Positions 19,510 through 30,029 are shown, counted from the stretch's first letter. The stretch is DNA of 64,000 nucleotides from a bacterium (GCA_963662285.2 CAXXMV010000006.1:64001-128000), one strand, 5' to 3'. Numbers and translations are program-made. The notes: generated by a model from the letters alone, not told the origin.

Positions 19510-20169
19510 TTAATTTGGCGCCGGGGGTTGATGAGTATTCATGTTCGGACCTGACGGGCGTCGGTTTCGCCTGGGCCGGGGCCTGAAATAATCATCAACA
19601 TCGATTTTGTTCTCAAAACCGCTTTCTTCAAGAAGATTATTGTAACGGTTGTAATAGAGTGGATTGCCGGGCGCTCTTTTCATGGCCTTCAAGAAATAGG
19701 CTTCCGCTTTCTCATATTGTTTCAATTGAAGATAAAGATCACCCACTCCATATTCGTTCTCCGCAACCTGACGGCTGATGGATGGATTACTATGCAAATC
19801 CTGAGATGACCAATAATTAAGGGAAAGCATCAGTTCATTCAAGGCCAGTTCCAGATAGGCGGTTTGCCGTACAAAAGAGGTCTGTTGATAAGCCAACAGC
19901 CAGTAATTCCTGGCCAGACGGTAATTGGTGTTAGCCCGTTCTCCCCCGGTGATGTCGGATTGACTAAGATAGAACTTATGTTTGGTTATGATGTTTTGAA
20001 GCATGTCTTCAGCGTTGCCGTTGAGGTTTTGCGTATCACTGTTCAGTTTTTCCAACATGGGTACGGCGTGCCAGGGAGGCTCCATAGGCTTTTGCCAATG
20101 CAGAGCGCTGAAGCATAGCCAGCCGAACGCCAGCCATATAACGGTTAACATGAATTGCAAAAATCGCAT
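19510..20169 (-). CDS. Membrane-anchored or exported TPR protein
   Basis: N-terminal hydrophobic helix; TPR motif YGVGDLYLQLKQYEKAEAYFLKAMKRAPGN; stop is 3 bp from the next start. Confidence 0.7.
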   Translation of the reverse strand: MRFLQFMLTVIWLAFGWLCFSALHWQKPMEPPWHAVPMLEKLNSDTQNLNGNAEDMLQNIITKHKFYLSQSDITGGERANTNYRLARNYWLLAYQQTSFVRQTAYLELALNELMLSLNYWSSQDLHSNPSISRQVAENEYGVGDLYLQLKQYEKAEAYFLKAMKRAPGNPLYYNRYNNLLEESGFENKIDVDDYFRPRPRRNRRPSGPNMNTHQPPAPN

Positions 20170-20376
20170 GAGTAATTCTCGTTCATTAATATAATTAATA
20201 ATAACGGATATTGACTTATTATGGTTTAGTCATAAACCATATATTTTATCATATCATCTTTCACGTTAAGGATATATACAATCTTACATGCTGGCTGCTC
20301 ATTTTTCAAAGCGCGCTTCTCTATTGATTAATCTGATATGTAGAATATATACTCAAACCATCGTGAGGTAAAAATA

Positions 20377-21681
20377 ATGCCCCAACAGGAAAATGGATTG
20401 CCCCAATTACAGCAGCAAATGATGAAGCCCTTATCTAATGTACTGGTCAAACCGACCAGCGCTGATTGCAACCTGGAATGCGGATACTGCTTCTATTTAG
20501 AAAAATCCGAACTCTATCCCGAATCGCGCATCCACCGCATGTCGGATGAAGTGATGGATGAGATGGTTCGCCAGCTGATGCAGGCCGGACAAGCATCAGT
20601 CTCTTTTGGCTGGCAGGGCGGCGAACCGACTCTGATGGGCGTTGATTTCTACCGTAAAGCCGTCGCCGCCCAGCAGAAATATGGCCTGCCCGGTCAGACG
20701 GTGGGCAATGGCTTCCAAACCAATGGCGTTTTGATAGATGAAGAATGGTGCGACTTGCTGAGAGAATATAATTTCCTCATCGGGCTATCCATCGACGGAC
20801 CGGAGCATGTTCATGATAAATACCGCTTGACGGCTGGCGGGCGTCCATCCTGGCGAAAAGTGTATGACAGCGCAAAGTTGATGCTTAAATCTGACGTGGC
20901 GGTTAACAGTCTGGTGGTGGTTAATGATTATTCCGTGCTTTATGCTGAAGAGATATATACTTTCCTCAGAGACGCCGGTTTCGAGTTTTTGCAATTCATT
21001 CCTTGCGTGGAACCTGATCCTAATGATCGATCCAAAGTAGCGCCATTTTCGGTCAGCCCTGAACAATACGGCGAATTTCTCTGTAAGATTTTCGATTGCT
21101 GGAAAAAAGATTTCGTTGATGGACGCCCTAGAATATCGGTGCGTTTTTTCGATTCGGTTTTCCATACTTATGTGGGTTTCATGCCGCCGGAATGCACCCT
21201 TCTGGAAGAGTGCGGCTGTTATGTCGTCATCGAACATAACGGAGACGTCTATTCCTGCGATTTCTTTGTTGAACCGAAATGGAAACTTGGCAATGTCATG
21301 ACTGGCAATCTGCTTGAAATGCTCAATAGCCCCAGGCAGAATGAGTTTGGGCGGGTCAAAAGCCAGTTGCCTCAAAAATGCGTAGCATGTAAATACCTGC
21401 TGCATTGCCGGGGAGGATGCCCCAAAGACCGCATTAATAATCCCCAATCCGGCGGCTTGGATCATTTCTGTACATCACATTTGATGTTCTTCGAGCACGC
21501 CGATGCCGACCTGAAAGCCTTGGCTGAAGATTGGATGACTGAGCAGCAACAATACGCAGAAGAGTCGAATCGAAGACTGGAAGAACTTACCACAAAAACA
21601 GAGCAAGCCAGGGTTGGGCGTAATGAACCATGCCCCTGCGGCAGCGGAAAGAAATTCAAAAAATGTTGTGGTCGCGCGTAA
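20377..21681 (+). CDS. Anaerobic sulfatase maturase (radical SAM/SPASM) with C-terminal SEC-C motif
   Basis: CNLECGYC, WQGGEPTL, QTNG, SPASM cysteines (CxxC..C.GGCPK), GRNEPCPCGSGKKFKKCC. Confidence 0.92.
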   Translation: MPQQENGLPQLQQQMMKPLSNVLVKPTSADCNLECGYCFYLEKSELYPESRIHRMSDEVMDEMVRQLMQAGQASVSFGWQGGEPTLMGVDFYRKAVAAQQKYGLPGQTVGNGFQTNGVLIDEEWCDLLREYNFLIGLSIDGPEHVHDKYRLTAGGRPSWRKVYDSAKLMLKSDVAVNSLVVVNDYSVLYAEEIYTFLRDAGFEFLQFIPCVEPDPNDRSKVAPFSVSPEQYGEFLCKIFDCWKKDFVDGRPRISVRFFDSVFHTYVGFMPPECTLLEECGCYVVIEHNGDVYSCDFFVEPKWKLGNVMTGNLLEMLNSPRQNEFGRVKSQLPQKCVACKYLLHCRGGCPKDRINNPQSGGLDHFCTSHLMFFEHADADLKALAEDWMTEQQQYAEESNRRLEELTTKTEQARVGRNEPCPCGSGKKFKKCCGRA

Positions 21682-21821
21682 AGCATTGTTTTTCTGCAAA
21701 CAAATATTCGTATGTCGCAAAAAACAGCGCTTTTTATTGTTCTTCTGCTTAAGGTAAAAAATAACTTCATTTATTCACGATTCTGACCGATACTTATTAA
21801 TGGGCAGAATCAACTCTTGAA

Positions 21822-21932
21822 TAGAGTCGTTTTCATAATAACGTTCTTCTTGGCGATTCTAAAAAACCAGAAAAGGTTGGCTTTTTAGAAAACCAAAAGT
21901 TATAGAGGAACATGATTTTGATAATCGCTCTA
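21822..21932 (+). mobile_element. MITE-like dispersed repeat, copy 2
   Basis: TAGAGTCGTTTTCATAATAACGTTC...GAACATGATTTTGATAATCGCTCTA; TA at both ends. Confidence 0.75.
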
Positions 21933-22085
21933 ACCAACACAAAGTCCTTTCCGGATTTAGAAAAACTGCATATCCAAATAGGGTGATTTGGACGATATTT
22001 TTTTATCATCTATCCATAATTATTTCTGGTTGGCTGGATAAATTCTTTATGTGATAGAGCAATTTTTTTAAAAGGCGTTGGTTAA

Positions 22086-22754
22086 ATGGCTCAGATATTC
22101 ACTAGAAATAAATCCTTAACTGACTTGTTACAAACCGCTTCGCAAAAAATCGAAACCAATCAAGTCTATGAAAATATTGATCGTTTGTTGATTGGCGCTG
22201 CCAAAGAAGGTTTACTGCTAAGTTTCCTTTTTATGCAAATCACCGATTTGTTTGAACTATATTCCCGGTTTCCCGTGCGCCGGGTTCGAAAGTTGGTTTC
22301 TGATTTTCTTAAAGTGCTGATCGACAAAACTCCTGATGATATCTATGTGGATTGTCCCGGCCCGAATCAATTCGGTCTTCTACTGCCAGGAGTATCCAAA
22401 GAGGATGTTCAGCAAGCTGGTAATGATATTCGGCGCCGCTTTCTCGAACTAAGCAAATCGATTCTACAAGATGACTCTATTAAAATAGATATTATCGGCA
22501 GCGTGGTCTCTTTTCCCGAAGATGGCGCTAACTGTGCAGAACTATTATGCCAGGCAAGAGATGCATTGTATTTGGCAAGCGTCGATGGCGCTGATCCCAT
22601 CCAGATCGCTGAGCCGTATGAAAATGTTAAACTCTCGGTTAATTTTTCCACTATTCAAGTCGAACGCTTAAAAAAAGTCGCTGAATCACAGCAGTTCTCT
22701 GAAACATCTCTGATTCGTGAAGCGGTAGATCAACTCCTCTGCAAATACGAATAA
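22086..22754 (+). CDS. Degenerate GGDEF-fold protein with C-terminal ribbon-helix-helix domain
   Basis: GGDEF position reads PGPNQFGLLLP; VVSFPEDG..ELLCQARDALY; C-terminal LSVNFS..QVERLKKVAE..SETSLIREAVDQLL. Confidence 0.65.
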   Translation: MAQIFTRNKSLTDLLQTASQKIETNQVYENIDRLLIGAAKEGLLLSFLFMQITDLFELYSRFPVRRVRKLVSDFLKVLIDKTPDDIYVDCPGPNQFGLLLPGVSKEDVQQAGNDIRRRFLELSKSILQDDSIKIDIIGSVVSFPEDGANCAELLCQARDALYLASVDGADPIQIAEPYENVKLSVNFSTIQVERLKKVAESQQFSETSLIREAVDQLLCKYE

Positions 22755-22896
22755 ATCACCTCGGTTATAAACAATTAAATAAATTATTATTTCTTCTTCT
22801 AATAATCTGTGCGTCCGGCAGGACGCATCTATTTGGAAGAGCAAGTCCACTGCAGCAATTGGGGTGATGATTGAGTAATGAGGAAAATATCAAAAT

Positions 22897-23093
22897 ATTA
22901 AAATAAGAAGGGGCCATCGTACCTATTTGATGACCCCTTCTTAATGTGTCGGTGGCGTATCTTCTATCATTCACGCCATCCTTTCTCTTCCCCAAAACAT
23001 TGCGCTTTGGGGCTTAAACCTTGGTCAAGAGATCGAATATCCCTTAGACCTCAAAAGGGGCATTGTAATCCGTTTGGCCCCATTTTCTTCTAC
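22897..23093 (-). ncRNA. Candidate small RNA (four hairpins plus terminator)
   Basis: Minus-strand TTGCGT-16-TAGAAT promoter (23127-23100), consecutive stem-loops, 15-bp terminator at 22904-22943, no credible ORF. Confidence 0.45.
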
Positions 23094-23301
23094 ATTTAAA
23101 TTCTACATGCATGGTCCACAAACGCAATAGGTTTTTTTGGTAAAAGAGAGAAAAATATTGGTTAATAATATTATCAATGAAGTTGACTAGGTTTCACTTC
23201 GTAAAACCAATTACATGCATCATCAATTTTTTTCACTCGCTATTTTTTTATGATTTTTATGATATTTTTAATATACTTATTTATATATAAATAAGTATAT
23301 T

Positions 23302-23335
23302 AAAAGCAAGAGCCTGCCAATTGGCAGGCTCTTGC
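23302..23335 (-). terminator. Intrinsic terminator downstream of 23382-24446
   Basis: Perfect 30-bp palindrome GCAAGAGCCTGCCAATTGGCAGGCTCTTGC with adjacent A-run. Confidence 0.75.
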
Positions 23336-23381
23336 GTGCTAATGTTATGCAGGGGAGGTAAAGAAGTAATAACAAAATATT

Positions 23382-24446
23382 TTAATGTAGTTCCCAATTT
23401 AAGCCGGAAGGAACAACAGCTGCCGGTTCATTAACGTAAATACCGAACAAGTGCCCGATATTAATGTTCCAGGCTAAACCGTCAACGTTACAGTCAACGA
23501 CCATATCTTGTAATTCGAGAACATCGCCTGATTTTTCATACCAATAAATCTGACTCCAATTGCCGCCTTCTTCGTTGGTTTTAAAGAAATCAAGATTTTC
23601 ATCGCCATCTATATCCCCACAGGTTAATGCTTCTGAACCTCCACCTGTAGGCGTCGAATGTACGGTATTTAGGGATGTGGAGAACACGCCAGGTTCGGTT
23701 TGTTCGATTATGTTAATGCTGGATACGGTGGGATCACTTCCATAAAACACTTGAGCAATGGCATAATCGATATCGCCATCGCCATCATAATCACAGGCTG
23801 TAACTCCAGCTACTCCGCCAAAACCGGGAAATGTTCCGCTCCAGTTTAGTAGTTTGGAATAGACCAGCGTTGGGTTATCTTCCAAAGTTAAAGTTCCGTC
23901 AGCATTTACTGTAAGTACGCCGTCATAAACTTCGCACATATTGCTGACAGGACCGGCGGCATCGTTGTCCTCAATCCAGACCATGTGAACTTCATCGCCA
24001 ATTGCGTAAAGATCCAAGCCAAGGGGGCTGACATCGGCGGGAGTAGTATAGATTGGATCTTGTACAATGGCCCAAAAACCGTTTTCATCCATTTTCCGAT
24101 GTTGGAACTGAGTTCCCAGGCTGGGAAAATGCGATTCGCCTTTTGAAACAGCGATAACGGCGCTAACTTCGCCATTGATTTCAAGCATGGACATACCCAT
24201 ATCGAAGACTCTGCCACTGTATTCTTCTCCCTGATAAAAGGGTAATTCCAGAGGCTGTTCCAGAGCATCCCAGTAGTTGTTTTCTATATCATAAGTCCAT
24301 TCGATAATAGAATAACCATACTCTGGTCCATAAGAATCGAATTCAACCGTCCAGAGATTAAATCCATTCACCACGCCTTCCACCGCAAACGATGAAACGC
24401 TTGCTATTCCAATAAATAGCGCTACCCAAAAGATTTGTTTTTTCAT
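23382..24446 (-). CDS. Secreted FG-GAP/VCBS-repeat protein with C-terminal WxL[YH] motif
   Basis: Signal peptide (SFA|V); DYDGDGDID and DIDGDENLD Ca-binding loops; ends PSGLNWELH. Confidence 0.75.
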   Translation of the reverse strand: MKKQIFWVALFIGIASVSSFAVEGVVNGFNLWTVEFDSYGPEYGYSIIEWTYDIENNYWDALEQPLELPFYQGEEYSGRVFDMGMSMLEINGEVSAVIAVSKGESHFPSLGTQFQHRKMDENGFWAIVQDPIYTTPADVSPLGLDLYAIGDEVHMVWIEDNDAAGPVSNMCEVYDGVLTVNADGTLTLEDNPTLVYSKLLNWSGTFPGFGGVAGVTACDYDGDGDIDYAIAQVFYGSDPTVSSINIIEQTEPGVFSTSLNTVHSTPTGGGSEALTCGDIDGDENLDFFKTNEEGGNWSQIYWYEKSGDVLELQDMVVDCNVDGLAWNINIGHLFGIYVNEPAAVVPSGLNWELH

Positions 24447-24635
24447 GATCTTAATATATCCCTTTCTTCCAAAAAAAATTATTTATGCCGGAAAATTATA
24501 TCGCTCTAATCCGGGCATTACATTAAACCAGTCTAACAAATGAGCCTCTGTTGTCTATCAGGATAATTCCCCAATTTTGCTATGGAAAATACCTGTATTG
24601 CATAATTAATATGTTATCGTCACCCTGTATGCAGT

Positions 24636-25295
24636 TTAATTTTCAAGGGAAGAGATGCCCTCGCGGATGGCGAACTTAGTGAGTTGAGCTATAGAGTGTA
24701 AGTCTAGTTTATTCATGATCTTCTGACGGTGTCCATCGACGGTTTTATCGCTGATGCTCATATTTCCGGCTATTTCCTTGGTTGTCATGCCCTCAGCGAT
24801 AAGTTGGAGTACTTCCTTTTCACGGGCGGTCAGGCACTCGTTATCGTTTTCCTGCTCTTTTTTGTGGATGCTGTTAACGAATTCGTTAACCACGATATTG
24901 GTTATCCCCGGACTCAGGTAGATTTTTCCCTGACTAACGCACTGAAGCGCAGTGATTACTTCTGTAACCGCCCGGTTTTTGAGTAGATATCCCCAGACGC
25001 CAGCTTTCAATGCCCGTTCAACAAATCGCTTGTCTGCATGCATGGATAGAATAATGACTTTTGCATCTGGTTTTTCTCGAAGGATTTGACGCGCCGCTTC
25101 AATACCATTCATTTTCGGCATACTGATATCCATGAATACGATATCAATGGCGAGCGACGTAACTAAAGACAGCGCTTCTCTACCGTCTGAGGCTTCCGCC
25201 ACTACTTCAACGCCCGGTTCGTTTTCTAATATCCGACGGATGCCTTCTAAAACGATCTTATGATCGTCGGCTAAGAGAACTTTAATAGTTTCCAT
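24636..25295 (-). CDS. NarL/LuxR-family response regulator
   Basis: LADDH, MDISMP, LSMH, GYLLK receiver domain; LTAREKEVL...KTVDGHR..IMNKL HTH. Confidence 0.95.
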   Translation of the reverse strand: METIKVLLADDHKIVLEGIRRILENEPGVEVVAEASDGREALSLVTSLAIDIVFMDISMPKMNGIEAARQILREKPDAKVIILSMHADKRFVERALKAGVWGYLLKNRAVTEVITALQCVSQGKIYLSPGITNIVVNEFVNSIHKKEQENDNECLTAREKEVLQLIAEGMTTKEIAGNMSISDKTVDGHRQKIMNKLDLHSIAQLTKFAIREGISSLEN

Positions 25296-25495
25296 ATATA
25301 ACGTATATCCAGTCTGAGTGTGCAATGCATATTAATTATACGAGTTACTTTTCTAATATACCAAAGACAAGATTAGATGCTGAATCTCTGTTATATTTTC
25401 TATGTATTTCTAAATATAACCAATAAGGGAAAGTGCCTATTTTTCAGGAAAAAAATAACTGGATTGCTTTTATCTTAAAAAAATCAACCATTTAG

Positions 25496-28400
25496 TCACG
25501 AATTGTCGGCATTGCAAGGCATTTCGATTATAACTTGGGTTCCCTTTTCTTTTTGAGAGCGGCACTCAAAGGTTCCCCCCAGGTATTCGATACGCTCGCG
25601 AATATTGAAAAGGCCGAAACTTTTCTGGCTGCTGGCCGTTTCATGCATGTTTTGCATAGGGAAGCCGGCTCCCTTGTCTTCAACGCTGAGGCGGACATTG
25701 TCATTTTTTCTTTGAATGCGAACTTGAGCGTGTAACGTTTCCGCATGTTTGATTACATTAAAGAGTAATTCCCTGATGGAGCGGAACAAGATGCCGCGTG
25801 CATCTTCACTCAATTCTTTTGGCTGGCCGTCATCAATAAAATCAATCTTAACTTGATATTGGTCTTCCATTTGTTCAATCAACCACTCTAAAGCCGCTTC
25901 TAATCCGATTTCATACAAAATAGGCGGACTGATTTCGAAAGTCAAAGTCCGGGTATCCTGGATAGTTTGTTCCAGTACTTGCAAGGTTCGATTTAGCAGT
26001 TGCGCCGGGTAAGTTTCAAGAGGTTCTTGAAGTATGGTTTCGATCTGCATCTGACAAGCCGCCAAACCATGCCCGATCCGATCATGCAACTCTGCGGCGA
26101 TCTGCTTGCGGTCGCGTTCTTCAACCAGAGTGATTTCTGAAGCGAATGATTGCAACTGTTTTTGATATATCAGTAACCTTTGGTGAACCTCCTGGAGATC
26201 GTAGGTGCGTACTTTGACCAGTTTTTCTAAATTTAGATGCCGCGATACAGCGAAAGCCAAGGCCATAACCGTAATCACGCCGCCAAGCGATAGCAGCATC
26301 AAGACTATCGGTTCTCTATACCATGGGAGTTGAACCGTGAAACTAAACGAAGCGACGGCAGAAGATTGATTCCAGTTTCGATCCATGCTTCTGACCGAGA
26401 ATTTATGAGATCCTGGAGGTAGATTTGTATAATTCGCTACAGTATCGCCAGTAAACGGAGACCACTCTCCATGATCGATTCTATGGGAGAATAACAGGCG
26501 GTTTTGAGGCGTATATTTCCATTTATCGATGCCGGAAAAGACGAATTTAGCGGATCCATTGACCGAGACGGTGTCACTATTGTCGTTTGGATTGAGGAAA
26601 ACAAGAGGGGGATCGGAATCGGCTTCCTTATTGTATAGATTCAATCCAAGCGATGTGGCGGCCCACAAACGCTCTTGACTGTCTTCAAAAACATTAAAAA
26701 CACAGAAGGAAGACAAGCCCTCTTCCACAGAGTTTTCGATCCAGGAATTGCCATCGTAGCGGTATAATCCGTTCCAGGTAGATATCCATACTGATCTATC
26801 TTTTCTGCGAATCATTGAGGGTACGCCATCAATATTAGTACGAATCGTAGACCACTTTTTCCCATCATATTCGTAAATCGAGTTACGGTCGGAAAACCAA
26901 AGTCGCTTGTCGTCATAGGGGAAAATGCACATGACTGAATCGCCGGGGTATTCGTCGCCCAGAGTTGTGTATTCGCCATCCCGAAAAACTCCTAACCGCT
27001 CTTCCGCCATTCCTCCCAACCACACGTTTGCGTTGGAATCCTCATATATATAACGTAATTGCTCTATGTTCCATTGATCGCCAAGGTCAGCGAATAATTT
27101 GAAATTTGAGCCATCGAATATTTCAAGGCTATAAATAAATTTATGACGAGTGGAGGTGACGTTCTCGCATTGCACCCAGATTGTTCCATCGGACCGGGGA
27201 AAAATCAGACTGACTTTCCTTCCATCCGGATGTTCTACAACATCAAACCGTTCGTTATCGGGATCGAAAAGCAGCAGAACATTGTTCATATTACGAATAA
27301 CAAGTTTCCCATTTTTAAGATAGGCCAATCCGTTGGGTTCCCATTGATAGGTGCTGAAGCCGGACGGTAAGGGATATTGTTTCCATGTTTCATCTTGATT
27401 GAGAATGAGTTTATTAAATGTGGTAAACCAGAGACGTTCATGGGGATCTTCGCAAATTGCGGTTATGTGTTCTGATAGATCAATCAAGGCTCTGGGTGAA
27501 TTCCATGTCGAGACTGCATAGCGTGCAATCCCAGGTGACAGGCTGATCCAGAATGAACGATTGGATTCATATAAGATGGGAAATCCCTGCTCCAGAACCG
27601 GTAACTGGATGCTGGTTAAAGATGGGAGGGGAACATCCATCTCAAAACGATTACTGGCCGGACCGGAAAGGAATGTCAATTTCGGATAGTAGGCGGATGT
27701 TTTCCAAAGCCAGAAACCTTCTTCAGCGCTGGGCCAACCTGCAGCGATGGATTGTTTATCAATGCATTTCAATGACCAAGAGCCTTGGTGAAATTGAACT
27801 AAAATCCGCTTTGACGTACTTTTGGATATAACGGATATATAAAAAATTCCGGCATCATCTTCCATGATTGTGCCAGGATAGGCTGCATCCAGTTCATTGG
27901 GAATCAGATACTCTGTCCATAACGCCCCAACTGCCGAATCCCGCCCTTTCATATCCAGTTTCGCGATTCCCCACTGGCCAATAGTAAAGATATCACCCTT
28001 TCGAGACATAACGACGTTAGTGAAATCGCCCAATTTTGTATCGCCAGAAGAACGAATATGAGTAAGCTGGTTAGTCTCTGCGTCAAATTCGGCCAGGAAC
28101 TCTGGAAGACATATAATAACGTGGTTAAGGGTTGTAGGAATAATGGATGCTTTGGAAAAATCAATCTCTGTAATGGGGAAAGAAATCCAAATCCCGTTAT
28201 CAAATCTCTTCAATCCTTTTAAGTCAAACGACCAAAGTTGATTAGAGCAGTTTTCAAAGATTTGTTTCCATACCCCCGGTGATGGAATGCGCGTTACTGA
28301 GTATCCATCCAGGCAACTAATTTGATTGACGGAGCCATGGCGTATCCAGATTCTCCCTTCATTGCCTCGTTGACATAAGCCGCATGTTTCCCGTAAATTA

Positions 28401-28966
28401 TCCTCCGTGGTCCAGTAACGCCAGTGACCATTTTGCCGCGCAGGAATTTTATGGGTTTGAGGAGAAAGAAATCTGTCTCCCAGGATAATCCGATCATTAA
28501 TCTTACCGTCAAATACGGCTGTATCACTGGCGTCTGAAGTGGGATGAAGCGTGTAGGTCAATTCAGTATAATCGTCCATGCCTTGAATGAGCCAGAATAA
28601 GACGTCTTTCCGTATTCTACCGTTTTGACCAATCTGATCGACCTTCCAGCCCGCTGGAATAATTTCCGTAACGCTAACCGGCTTATCACGGTTGGACGTA
28701 CTATCGATTTTCAGCGTCACCTGAACCGGGTCGTTTGAATAAAATGGAGTTGAAAACTCACGCTTTGCAACCGGGCCGGATTCACTGTTAGCAGTGTTAG
28801 TAGTGTTGGATTGAAAAGGCATCTGAGCTGTAAGATGGCATGGATTAACGCAATATGAGATGCATAAAGCAAACAGATATATCCTGCATCTATGCGTCTG
28901 ATTCCATAAGCGGGTGCATAGAGCGAGTATGAATATTTTTTTACGCATAATACAATACAGGATCAT
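25496..28966 (-). CDS. Sensor histidine kinase: Ig-like + beta-propeller + Y_Y_Y + HisKA_3 + HATPase
   Basis: EDxxxRLW propeller repeats, YTNLPPGSHKFSVRSMD (Y_Y_Y), TM, ERDRKQIAAELHD, ELLFNVIKHA, DKGAGF, GLFNIRER; start uncertain. Confidence 0.9.
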   Translation of the reverse strand: MILYCIMRKKIFILALCTRLWNQTHRCRIYLFALCISYCVNPCHLTAQMPFQSNTTNTANSESGPVAKREFSTPFYSNDPVQVTLKIDSTSNRDKPVSVTEIIPAGWKVDQIGQNGRIRKDVLFWLIQGMDDYTELTYTLHPTSDASDTAVFDGKINDRIILGDRFLSPQTHKIPARQNGHWRYWTTEDNLRETCGLCQRGNEGRIWIRHGSVNQISCLDGYSVTRIPSPGVWKQIFENCSNQLWSFDLKGLKRFDNGIWISFPITEIDFSKASIIPTTLNHVIICLPEFLAEFDAETNQLTHIRSSGDTKLGDFTNVVMSRKGDIFTIGQWGIAKLDMKGRDSAVGALWTEYLIPNELDAAYPGTIMEDDAGIFYISVISKSTSKRILVQFHQGSWSLKCIDKQSIAAGWPSAEEGFWLWKTSAYYPKLTFLSGPASNRFEMDVPLPSLTSIQLPVLEQGFPILYESNRSFWISLSPGIARYAVSTWNSPRALIDLSEHITAICEDPHERLWFTTFNKLILNQDETWKQYPLPSGFSTYQWEPNGLAYLKNGKLVIRNMNNVLLLFDPDNERFDVVEHPDGRKVSLIFPRSDGTIWVQCENVTSTRHKFIYSLEIFDGSNFKLFADLGDQWNIEQLRYIYEDSNANVWLGGMAEERLGVFRDGEYTTLGDEYPGDSVMCIFPYDDKRLWFSDRNSIYEYDGKKWSTIRTNIDGVPSMIRRKDRSVWISTWNGLYRYDGNSWIENSVEEGLSSFCVFNVFEDSQERLWAATSLGLNLYNKEADSDPPLVFLNPNDNSDTVSVNGSAKFVFSGIDKWKYTPQNRLLFSHRIDHGEWSPFTGDTVANYTNLPPGSHKFSVRSMDRNWNQSSAVASFSFTVQLPWYREPIVLMLLSLGGVITVMALAFAVSRHLNLEKLVKVRTYDLQEVHQRLLIYQKQLQSFASEITLVEERDRKQIAAELHDRIGHGLAACQMQIETILQEPLETYPAQLLNRTLQVLEQTIQDTRTLTFEISPPILYEIGLEAALEWLIEQMEDQYQVKIDFIDDGQPKELSEDARGILFRSIRELLFNVIKHAETLHAQVRIQRKNDNVRLSVEDKGAGFPMQNMHETASSQKSFGLFNIRERIEYLGGTFECRSQKEKGTQVIIEMPCNADNS

Positions 28967-29117
28967 TCATAGGCTGGTTTATTCTCAGTATTGGGATTCT
29001 TTCATAAATGGTTACGCCTAGTCAACCTGCTTCATCGGAAAAAACCTAGTCATGATATACAAATTTTGATATTATTAAATATTATTTATCTATTTAATAA
29101 ACCTATCAGGAGAAATC

Positions 29118-30029
29118 ATGAAGCAACTATTCGCTATTACTACGGCATTTCTACTTACGTGTCTCTTCATTTTCATCATTCCCACTCAAGCATCAGCTGT
29201 TGAAGATGATATTGTTTTCATTCATCATTCTTGTGGAAATAACTTTCTTAACCAGGGACTCAAAACTCAGTTATTAGCCAAAGATTACATCGACGAAGTG
29301 AACGATATCTACTACGGCGACGATTTGCAACCCGACGATGGGCGTCCCGATTCCTTGGGCGGGACTCCAGGCGATAACACCAATATGAACCATTGGGTAA
29401 TGTGGTTCAATGATTATCTATCTGGAATACAAACATTCGATTGCAGCAACGGCAGCAACCGGATCATCATGTTTAAGAGCTGCTACCCCATCAGTAATAT
29501 ATCCAGCGATGGACGCGAGCCGGGCGACCCTTTCAGTTCTTCGCAAACAATGGCCAATTATAAGAGCGTTTTCCGCAAGTATAACGATGCAGATGGCGTA
29601 TATACCCGCAGCGGCAATGATTATAATCCGTTGGAGCAGGTATTCGCTCAAAATCCAGATATCCTGTTTATCGCCGTGACCGCTCCTCCGCGTCATTTCG
29701 GACCTTCCGATGCTACCAATGATACGGAGGCGCAACGGGCGCGTAATTTCAATAATTGGCTGAAAAACGAATGGCTGGATGGTTATAGGGCTTCTATTAT
29801 AGGGCAGATGAATGTGGCCGTATTTGACTGGTTTGATGTCTTGGCTTATCCAAGCGATCATGCCGTTCATCCAAACCGTCTTAAAGAAGAATACGGCGGA
29901 GCTAATGGCGATTCGCACCCTAATTCGACCGCTAACAGTGAATCAGCAGAGGTTTTTTCGACATTAATTGATCAAGCATACACAGAATGGATCGAAATTA
30001 CATCGGTTAAAAACTGGAGTCTTTATTAG
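29118..30029 (+). CDS. Secreted SGNH-like hypothetical protein with C-terminal WxL[YH] motif
   Basis: Signal peptide (ASA|V); IVFIHHSCG and GDSHPN motifs; ends ITSVKNWSLY. Confidence 0.65.
   Translation: MKQLFAITTAFLLTCLFIFIIPTQASAVEDDIVFIHHSCGNNFLNQGLKTQLLAKDYIDEVNDIYYGDDLQPDDGRPDSLGGTPGDNTNMNHWVMWFNDYLSGIQTFDCSNGSNRIIMFKSCYPISNISSDGREPGDPFSSSQTMANYKSVFRKYNDADGVYTRSGNDYNPLEQVFAQNPDILFIAVTAPPRHFGPSDATNDTEAQRARNFNNWLKNEWLDGYRASIIGQMNVAVFDWFDVLAYPSDHAVHPNRLKEEYGGANGDSHPNSTANSESAEVFSTLIDQAYTEWIEITSVKNWSLY

Noticed and set aside
20785-21465. 226-aa antisense ORF and other overlapping ORFs in the track
   Set aside because: Shadow frames of well-supported genes with no recognisable motifs
20377-21681. 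Radical SAM/SPASM enzyme as a RiPP maturase
   Set aside because: Motifs fit the anaerobic sulfatase maturase family and no precursor peptide is adjacent
22765-22995. 76-aa minus-strand ORF
   Set aside because: TTG start without RBS, crosses a strong terminator, no protein-like features
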